Under the pieces are notes generated by a model. The model made no database searches. It worked only from the letters and a program-made list of their open reading frames with translations, and was not told the origin of the DNA. From Podarcis melisellensis (lineage: Eukaryota), in assembly GCA_964234715.1 (NCBI GenBank), contig OZ174276.1: a DNA stretch of 64,000 nucleotides; one strand, written 5' to 3'. The position numbers and the translations under genes were made by a program. Positions 49,901-61,002 of this stretch are shown one piece after another. Each line of letters opens with the position of its first letter. Within the stretch, counting starts at the first letter, position 1.

Positions 49901-52900
49901 CCTCCAGAAAAGGCGAAAGCTGGTCACCCCTCCAGCAATCTATTCCACTGTTGAGCAGCTTGCACTGGTAATATTAGTCAAAACCTACTTCTCTACAATT
50001 CCCATCCATTGCTCAACTTTTCACTCTGCTACTTCTCCTTTCCAGTTTTTCTCCTTCTCCCTATTCCTCTCTCAATCTACTTTAAGCCCACTTGCTTCCT
50101 TTAGATCACTGGTCTTAAGCTGGTGGGTTGGGACCCACTAGTGGGTCGCAGTCTGGTCCAAGGTAGGATGCAAACAGGAGCCCTACTATCATTGAAACAT
50201 ATGGTAAAAGATTAAGAAATGGGTTTCCAAATACATGTTTGGGTTAGATGTGGGTCCTGGGTCTGAACAGGTTGAAGATACCTACCTTAGATGACTTTCT
50301 TCTTGGGCCCCTGGCTTCTCCTTAGCAGGCAGCTCAGTCGGTCTGTTCCAGAGGCATCATCACCACTACCAATTCCCTCAAGTACAGTGGTTCTCAAACT
50401 CCCCCCCCCATGACCACTTGAAAATTGCTGATGGGCCACTTAACGATTTTACTGCCTCTTGCGGTAATTTCAATGTGGTGTGCTAAATGCCATAATCATT
50501 TTTAATTGTAGCGTATCTTTATGCTGTATTTTACTGCCTTATAATTTGCATTCCATAGAACTTCAATGAAATGAAATAAAATAAAATATAAAGAAAAGAA
50601 GCAATAAAATACCATTAAAAATCAGTAGGAATATTTAGCACCAACGTGCCATGGGCCACCTGAATGAAGCTTGCGGCCCACAGTTTGGGAACCCCTGTCT
50701 TAGTGCATTATAGGTTTCTATGGGATGAGCACTTATATATTTAAAGCTCCAAAGACAGAAATATAAGTTGCCTGCCCTCAAAAGGACACCGAGTCTTTTC
50801 TGAAAGGGCAAAAAGGTTTCACATCATTACACCTTTAATTTACCTTCATACTCTGCTTTCTTGGTTGCTTCCAAGTTTCTCCACTCTGTTCCAACAAGTC
50901 TACTGAGCTCTCCAAATGAATAATCTGGGTGCTGAGCTTTAATAACCGCTCTCATCTCACTACTAAATAGAATGTAACCACTCATGTTGATCTTCCTCTT
51001 CGATCCTTCCTTCTTTACACTGCCCTTGGCAGACTTGGGAGTGGACTATGGAGAAAAAATACACCTATGGTCATAAATGCGTAACAGAAAATTCTCAAGT
51101 TAGAAAGTGAAGGCTAGAGAACCTAACCCTCAATTTCTGACCTTTTTGTCTTCATGATCATAGTTTTAAGCTGATAATGGTACAGTCATACCTTGGTTTT
51201 CGAACAGAATGCGTTCCGCAAGTCCATTCGACTTCCGAAACGTTCAGAAACCAAGGCGCAGCTTCCTATAGGCTGCAGGAGCATCCTGCAGCCAATTGGA
51301 AGCCACAGAAGCTGTGTCGGACGTTCGGCTTCTGAGGCAAAGTTCACAAACTGGAACACCTACTTCTAGCTTTGCAAGTTCTAAGTTGTTCATGAACTAA
51401 GCTGTTCGGAAACCAAGGTATGACTGTATTGGATAATTTTCAATGAGGCAAGAGTATTTGGGTGGGCAAATCTGGGAAGATGGCTGCCATACCTAGGAAT
51501 TGGTGGTTGCCTCTAGGGTTTACAAAACCTGGGCAGCACTGCAGTATATCTGCCATTAATTAATATTCTTCCAAATTACTTTTAGAACTTTCTAGAAACT
51601 GCAAACAATCCAAAAGCGACTTACTTCTTATTTGGTTACCCAAAAATTTTCATTTACATGACTTGCTGCACCACAAATCACAATTTCCCCAGCATTAAAT
51701 GACATTAAATGAAAGACATAACTTGAAGTCACATGAGTTACAAAATTATTTGTTCTCAGTATATTTTAATTGATTTTACAAAAGTATATATAATATGTAT
51801 TCGATAGATCTCCAAGCAGTTTCTTTTAAAAAGAAAAAAAATTGTATATTGACAAAGTAACATTGAAAATTGCATTTCTGGTATATAGCTCACTACAGTC
51901 AAAGCACGCATCTTTTCAGCAGAGGAGGAAGAGGAGTAAGGAAAGGTCTCAACTATGTGATTTTGCAAAAGACGTTACCTGTGGAGGAGTGTATGGCATT
52001 ATATCCAATTCATTAGAAAGCGGACTCTGAAGTTGAGGCATCGTTGGCGCTTCTGTAACTTCACCTTCCTCTTCTGCAATCTCTTCAATCTCTTCATCAC
52101 CTCCTTCCAGCTCAGCAAATTTGGCTTCTAGCTGCTGAATCTTCTTTTCCAGAAGGGGAGATGGCTCCTTCTGAGGAATTATGGGTTTCCTAAGAAAGTA
52201 TTCCATATGAATAAAAGCCCTCTCTGCACAACATAGGATAGAATTCAATGCCACACTAAGGGGGATCCATTTGTATGCCAAGTAAAAACACCTGTGCTGT
52301 TGGAACAAGCTCTCCTCTCCCCCCACTGTACCCTGTCCTGGGGGGGAGGGGTCCGCCTGATCCTGCTGAGTTTTGGGGAGAGTGGTGGAGAGGAGAGGAA
52401 AGAATATCCTGTTGCACTAGTGGGACTCATGCTGGTTTCCGTTAGGGTGACAGCTTAGTTGAATCTGGCCCATAAATCCTAAATTCTGCTTTACAGTAAG
52501 TGTTGCATCAGGAAGAAGTAGGAACATATTAAAAAAATAAGTGGCATGTTTGAAAAAGGTAAGCAGCTGTTGTTTGAACCCAATTTTGAAACTGCACAGA
52601 ATAATTATTTAGAAATCTTCCATGCAGTAGGTGCACACCACAAAGAACCGAATGGCTTTGGTAGCCAACTCAAATGTTAATGTTAAACTTTTCTAGCAAT
52701 GAAATCAATTTTTCTAATTGCAAATCCTTCAATGAAAAGGATGTCGTTCTCTACAGCCCTTATCTAAAATGATAATATGCCTATTTTTGTGCAGTGATAT
52801 TTTAAGTAAGAAATACATCTTGGCAGAAAATAAATAACTATATTCAAGTTCACCATTGTCTATTTAAAATACTGTTATGAGCTGTTGCTTTGGCCAGAGG

Positions 52901-55900
52901 GAGGGGGTGGCAGGATGTACGCCTGAGACCCTTCTAATTCCTGGACCCAATACAAATTGGATTTCTGGAATAGCCAAGCTAGCTTCCTGGTAAGGTAATG
53001 GCCCTCTATGTTCAATTGATCTGAAGATGCTTCAATTTATACCACTACTTTTTATAAAGGACATTTTTTCCTACAGTCAAATCAACTTAAAGATCTCTAC
53101 CCCATTATCTCTGATAATGCTTTAAAAGCAAAAACATCGTACCTAAAGTAGTAAATTTCATCATCTACTACTTTTGCTGAAAGAGAAAACCTTTTCAATC
53201 CCTTAAATTTCTTCATCTGTTTGTCACTTTCATTATAGCGGCTTTCACAGAGGAGAACATCATTTTCAGAAATCTCAGTTGGCCTACAGGAGAGGAAGTC
53301 TTTGAAAGACAACACAGCACACTTTCCTGAAAGAGAGAAAAATAAAGTAGCAGCGTTTTCCACACTGACAGTTTGAAAGCGAATTTTTGTTAACAGGCCT
53401 GCATATTTTAAACCACCAAAAAGTTCATGACAATATACTGGCTCATCACACATAGCCTACAATGGAACACGTAAGCCTCATTCCAGTTCACATGTTGCAT
53501 GTGACTAGGGACTCCTGCAGGGAATGCATCTCCTATGCACACTGACACATCCATGAAGTTAAATGGATGTGATGACAGCATTCATACATGGATCTCCTTT
53601 GCTGGATTGGGACAGTGCTTCCTTGCTGGATCTCTTCATGACAAATACAATCGTACCTTGGTTTTCGAACAGCCTAGTTCTCCCAAATGATCGAAACCCA
53701 GAAGTGACTGTTCCAGTTTTTGAACGTTCTTTTGGAAGCCGAACGTCCCATGGGGGTTCCACGGTTTCCGATTGGAAGTTGAACGGATTCTCCTCCACTT
53801 AACAGAGCCAATTTAATTTCACATGAACAAGAAAACCATTCACTTAAGAAAATTTAAAATAACTGTATGCACCATTGAAGACTAGTTAATTATTTTGTTC
53901 CAAAGCCTTTTTGCTTCTAGTAAAGTTGGCAATAATGTGATACAGTAGATTGAGTCAGCAGCAGCTGTTTAGGATGACCATAGTATTGCCAAGGGCCATA
54001 CACAACACAATGAGAATGTCCTTATCTAGTAAACAACCTACTGGATTTCAAAGCACATTTATTTTCCTCTGTTACTAGTTCTAGAAGAATAAAAAGGGCT
54101 TTAACCCCCCCCAAATAAATTTATCATACAGAATTTATTATGTACTAGATACTCAGGTTTCATGAGTTATGTATACCATATCCTAACATGAAACATAGCA
54201 AAAACATGAAAAAGAAATGGAAATGATAGAATTGGAGTGATTCCCCCAGCCCCCAACTGTACTGTTCATTCAAAACACAAAAGTTATAGCAAAAAACATC
54301 AATACTATTTGGTTACCTAGAATGCATGTCATGGGGCAGGTCTCTTCTAAGTTACTCAAAAACACTTCCTTCTTGTAGAACATTTTAGTTGGCTCATGTT
54401 CAGTTTCCTCTGGGTGTATAAAGATTGGACCAAAGAAATAGGCAGCTCCATCTCTTACCCACATTTTTTCTATTCTGAAAAACAGAAAAAGATTTGCTTC
54501 AGAGTATCCCAAGATAATCGCCAAGTCCAAAATCGAGCCATTCTCCCCAATTACTTTACGGTTTTATTAATCTTTTCTTTTGTACATGAAAGACTTGAAA
54601 CAGTTGTCAATGGTGCAACTATATTTATAGAGAAAAGGGTTACCTGCCAACTCGCGGTCGGACTAGACCGTGTGATTTTATGAAGACGCAATCCCCAACC
54701 TTCAGCCACATGTCATTGTAACAAAGCTGTTCATAGTAGTGACACCCAGGTTCTCCATTTGCCATTTCTACTGGAACATCTTCTTTGTCCTGTAAAATAA
54801 AGGCAGACTTAAGAAATGGGACTCTTCTTAAATAAAATGGTACGTTAGGTACTCAGCCTCACCCAGAAGCTACTTGCATAAGCAGGGACTGTGACATCCA
54901 GACCCCAATATCTCCTTTAATATGCCATTCAGCATAGCAATATGGCCACTGTTTGATCAGTGGGGTGCAAACTTTTCAGCTTGCCAGACCGAACAATCCT
55001 GACTCCTTTCCCTCCCTCACAGTTCTGGGGATTCTCCTGAATATGAGAGGTAGAGCTCAGTGTCATCCACATACTGGCGACGCTTTAGTCCAAACCTCCA
55101 AATGACTTCCCAATGTAATTTCATGTGGCTGTTAGATGTGTATATGGAAGACCCATGTACAAATCAGAACTGAAGCAGGTAAAAGCATCAGCTATTCATT
55201 CCTAAACTGATAAACCATTTAAAATACCTACAGACAAGCAGAAAAGTCAAAGCATTTAATGGCCAGCTCTTCAAACACGCATACCTTTTCAAGGCTAAGG
55301 GCGTGGTCTCCCACTTTGATATCCTCAGACATTTCAGTGTGCTTTTCCTCATCAATTTTGTCTGTATTCGCAAATACCGAGGCAACACGAACCACAGGCA
55401 AGGGCACGTCTCGAGGAACAAATCGTACAGAGCTAATTGGCATGGTCCATAATTTAATCTTCTTAAAGGACTTGGTCTTCGCAGAATAACGTGATTCGCA
55501 GACGTAAACGTCTTCATCTCTAAAGTTTTCTGGGCATAGCTTAAAATACTCCTAGTCAATGGGAGAAAAGGATCATTCAGGAAAAAAATAGCTCATCTTG
55601 AAGACACCTAAGTTCAAAAGCCATTGTTTGTGGTGTTTTCTGGAGCAGGCTCAAATGGCCACCAATGTCCTGTAAATCTGGAAGCCCACAAGTTCCTACC
55701 AGGTTGCTCTGAGGTTCTTAAACAAATGCTTTCCCTCTCTACTTTACATGCTCTATAGACCTGCAGACCTAGGTAGTCTCCCAAGGGTACAGAAATCATT
55801 CCCTTATCTTTCAGTGGCCTCATTTCATTTCCCAACTGATAAGCATTTGACTACTTGAAGAGGGCATGATGGGGAGAAATTTAACAAAACAGAAAAATTA

Positions 55901-58900
55901 TCTCTACCACAACAAAACACAAATATTTGATGAGCATAGTGTTCATCCAGATACATAACAGAACATTTAGTCTATTCTCACCTTAACAAACATGACCACA
56001 CATTTGCCAAGAATTTTGTTCACGGGGACTTTGTTGTAATAATCACTTTTAAATACTTCTTTCTCCAAAAACTTTCGGGTTGCAAGATGGAATGTTTCAT
56101 TTGGTCGGTAAAACCAGCAGCCGTACAACCATTTTTCTCCTAAAAACAAGAAAGTTTTGTGATACAAAACAACTATAACAAGTTATAAACTGATCCGCGG
56201 ATCTTCTGTGGCGATAAAATGGCTGAGATAGTGCTAGTTTGTGTCTGAATCTTTGTTCAGGGAAAGTGCATTTTAAAGTCTAGACCTGCAAAACTGTGGG
56301 ACAGTTTCTCTTTGCATATTGTGATTGCACAAATCAAAGACAGACCGTAACCCTCAATTTTTTGAAAACTGAAGTTCACAAAATAAGACATTTGAGAAAG
56401 GATGACATGCTGGTTGTCATTTGTGCTGCACAGAACAGAATGGTGGCTGTACCACCAGTTAACATGGCAATCACAACAGCAGTGCTGTGGGGGGAGAGAA
56501 ACATGACTCTTTGTTCTTAGTGAGAGGTGTCGCACTATGCTTGGGGTACAGATGTGGCCTTGAGGCATATGGGCATAGCATGGCTCTGCGCTTGTAGCTC
56601 AGCCACAATCACCACCTGTGTTCTTCCCTCAGGTTTCCACTAGTTGTCCTGGGGGCAAAGCTAATCAGAATGAAGCAGAACTGTCTCCTCTCAGATCCAC
56701 TCGTACTGCTGCATCAGGCAGGAGGAAAAACTCAGGGAAATGGACCTGCTCCTACAAGTTTTACTCTTACCTGTGTCAGCTGACGACACGTGACTTGTGT
56801 TATTGGCTACAGTGCCCCACAAAATGAATTGTTAGGGATCACCCTACAATCAGCCAGTGCTGTCCTGCATTGAATTATTTCAATAATCTATCAGTTTGTT
56901 AGGGAAATCTCATGGTAGTGGTTCTATTGCCACTTAATGAAATATGTATTGTGTTTACAGGAGCAGGTATCTGGATATAAGACAGGGCATAGGACAGCTG
57001 CAACCACCAGCATTAAGAAGACAGTCTTTCTTACCAGCCGAATCCTCCCACAGTCGTTCAATGCAGACTATGTGAGGTTGCAAATTGGCTTCTGCGGGTT
57101 CAACATACACATAATCCCCAACGTGATACATGCTGTTCTTAAAGCTGCAATCCTGGCTGTATGTCCTGTGTAAACTAGACAGTCCTGATCCTCCAGAAGA
57201 ATCTTCACTCTTTTCAGCTTCTTATTCAACATAAAAGAAAACAGTGGGAATGACTTACAGTCAGTTTAAAAACACAGGACTGCTCGCCTTGTAACACTTT
57301 ACACACCAAGAATCTTTCCTGTAAAGAGTGACCATTTCCTCTTAGAAAGCATTCCTGGCACCAGCCATATCAAGCAATATCCCCCATCACCATGCAATGC
57401 AAGGGAGAGGCGCTATTCTTGCCACACAAGGAGTAAGACAGATTCTATCCCCCCAAGTTATTATTATTATTTTATTAAATTTGTATACTGTCCTTCATCT
57501 ATAGCTCTCAGGGAAGTTCACAACACAAAAATACAAGATAGAAAACATAACAAAACAAAACAAAAACAAACCAATAAACAACCCTCGCACAATGTATTTA
57601 AAAGGGTAAAGGTAAAGGTAAAGGTACCCCTGCCCGTATGGGCCAGTCTTGACAGACTCTGGGGTTGTGCGCCCATCTCACTCAAGAGGCCAGGGGCCAG
57701 CGCTGTCCGGAGACACTTCCGGGTCACGTGGCCAGCGTGACATCGCTGCTCTGGCGAGCCAGAGCCGCACACAGAAACGCCGTTTACCTTCCCGCTGGTA
57801 AGCGGTCCCTATTTATCTACTTGCACCCGGAGGTGCTTTCGAACTGCTAGGTTGGCAGGCGCTGGGACCAAGCAGCGGGAGCGCACCCCGCCGCAGGGAT
57901 TCGAACCGCCGACCTTTCGATCGGCAAGTCCTAGGCGCTGAGGCTTTAACCCACAGCGCCACCTGCGTCCCATTTAAAAGGGTACTGGATGTTAATTAGC
58001 CAAAGGCCTGGTTAAAGAGGAATGTTTTTGCAAGAAGCACGCCCTGATCACTGAAATGGGCCCCCAAAGAGGGGTGAGGAGGGAAGAATGAGCAGGAAGA
58101 AGGCATTTCAGACTTGGCAGTGTATTCAAAATGGTGTGGCAAGGTGGGAAGGGGGCCTGCGGCCAGTTGTACCATCAGGACTTTGGGCAGACGTCTAGGG
58201 CCCCACATAGCAACACGAGCGTAAGGGTTCCCAAGTGCAGCAGGTCTGGCTTACCACATTTTGAAATGAAGTAATGCATATAATTGTTTAAAAAGCTCCC
58301 AGCTCACATGCATATAGTATCAAGAGTATATAAATTACTAGTGCTTGTGACACTCCCCTATTACAGTGATCACTGTTGCCGGTGATACTAATATAATCAC
58401 TACACTCACAATATATTTACCATGTGCAAGACTTGCAATTTACCAGCTGAGTTGGCAGCTTTGAGCTCTGCTGAACAGTACTTCCCTCATGACTGAATTA
58501 CACGTAGGGGCAAGCACATCTGAATAGTTCAGTGGAGGCGGTGTAGGAAACACACATGTTGACAACCATCTGACCAATTACTTTTCTACATTTGACGGTA
58601 TCTTAGTGGGGAAGATGACCCAGAAGGGTAGATTGTAAATTTGGCATTTTCCTTGTCTTCCATCAGAGTGTGTCAAGGCGAACAAGAGAGCTGAATGACA
58701 CAAATGTACAAATCAGCTCATTTATGAATTCATTTTATACTGCCCATCCTCTCTCAAGCAATGCTGATAATGCTGGAGAAGATTCACCTACGTCTCCTTT
58801 CAGTGAGTATCTGCTAAATGAAGAGTGACAATGTGCAGCCATTTAAATTAAGTACAATTACCTCTCTTCTCTTCTTCTCTTTTGAGTTTGTCTTCTTCCA

Positions 58901-60971
58901 TTTCCTTAGGAAGCTTTTCCTTCTTCTCTTTTTCGACATCGTTATGAAGATGCTTGGTAGTGTAGCTGAGGGCTGGTGACAACAGGATCTCGCCATTCTT
59001 GCAGAGTTCGTCACGGATTTTGATAAAGAACTGTTGAAGTTCCACTGCATCCTCATAAATCTCCGAATCCGTCCTTTAAAGAAAAGAGAAACTGCATGAA
59101 ATGACAACATACACAAGGTAACTGTAGAAGAAGCATGAATGTGTCATGGAAAAAAAAAAAAGAAATTTCATTGTTTGCAACTGATTTCCTCCCCCCCCCC
59201 CCCGACCCTGGTTTGGATGTCATGGAAAAGTGTGATTTAGTAAGCCAGGGTAGAAGTGCAGAAGGGGAGGAGGGAAAGGCAAGCTGAAAGTGCAGGGGCA
59301 CACGGCTCATTCTCAGGACAATAAACAATGGTTTAATTGGCTAGAGATTGTGACAATTCCACTGGGCCAAAGTCTTGCTATATCACAGGCGCAGGCAAAC
59401 TCGGCCCTCCAGATGTTTTGGGACTACAACTCCCATCATCCCTAGCTAACAGGACAAGTGGTCAGGGATGATGGGAGTCCCAAAACATCTGGAGGGCCAA
59501 AACATCTGGAGGGCCGAGTTTGCCTATGCCTAGTATATCATCTCAAAATCTGCAGTTCTCATATCATGCAGTAGTATAAGTTGCTTTTTTACATTTCTCT
59601 AAAACTTGTAGTACTATTTAGTGTATATATATGTTAGATAATCATCTGGCTTTTAGCTAACTAAAACATACTTGCATATTGCAAAATCAATGAAGGTACC
59701 TTTCTGAAGAATTACCTTTCTGAGACATTAAAGGTACTAAACATTAAAGGTAACAAGCAAAAGCTATTTATGAGGCTGTTAATGGAAAGTGATTTCATGC
59801 CTCTGGAATAGGAGTCCAATCCCGCACTAGTAACTTACAGACTCTTGTATTAGTATCACTGGCAACAGTGATCACTTTAATAGGGGTGTGTCACAAGCAC
59901 TAGTAATAATAAAAAAAATTGTCCAGTAGCACCTTAGAGACCAACTAAGTTTGTTCTGGTATAAGCTTTCGTGTGCATGCACACTTCTCAGTTGGTCTCT
60001 AAGGTGCTACTGGACAATTTTTTATTTTTATCGCAACTATGTCAGACCAGCACGGCTACCTACCTGAATCAAGCACTAGTAACTTAAGTTACTAGAGAGG
60101 TTGATAAAGGTAAAGTTTTACTCACCGGTTCATTCTCCTTGCCCGCTCCAGCACTTCAAACATCTGCTCTTGGAACAAATCCAATCTCCGGTAGCGGTTA
60201 TTTTCCACATTCTTTCGTATGATATCAAAAGTCAGGGGTGGCTTGTTTGGGAAATTAGGATCAACACCAGGAATTTCAGCTAAGGAGTCACTGTAGCACC
60301 TGCCTTCATCATCCTGATGACTCATTACAGAGACAAAAAGGTTATGTATAAGTTCCTGGATCAGGAGTGTTACATTTGGGACATGAGAATCTTCATCTCC
60401 TTCTATGTCTCTTCTAGTTTCTAGCAAAACTTTGTGCAGCACCAAAGCATCTTTGTAAATCAAGGATTCTGGCTCATTATAAGTGCAGGCATTATTGAAC
60501 ATCATTACAAAATCTTCAACCATGGCATCAATGTCCTGATACTTGTTGGCCATCATGTGACTTCTGATCTTCTCCATATCAACCGGCTTTTTAATTGTCA
60601 GGTAGTAGTCAGGAAGCTCCGATCGAGATGGAAGTCGCAGGAAAATGGCACTAAGCCTTCTCCCTCGCTTATCTGTATAGTTCTTCACCGCTTCGTATAC
60701 TTCATTAAGTTTCTGTTGCATTGGAGTCATATATTTTGATTTTTTAGGGGAGATGCCAGTCTTTCTACCTAGAGGAACAAAATTTAAAGCTAGACAAAAA
60801 AAAGCCAACATTCTTGTGGCTTCAGTTACTCAAATACTAATCTGGGTATATCATGTAACATTAGACACATGCAATTTGATGTCTTTCACATCATAGCTCC
60901 TTCCCAAGACTTTTGTGCTTTTTATTTTCTCTCGTAACAATATGAAAACATCAGAATTTCTCTGTCTGCAC

Positions 60972-61002
<31 letters not shown>

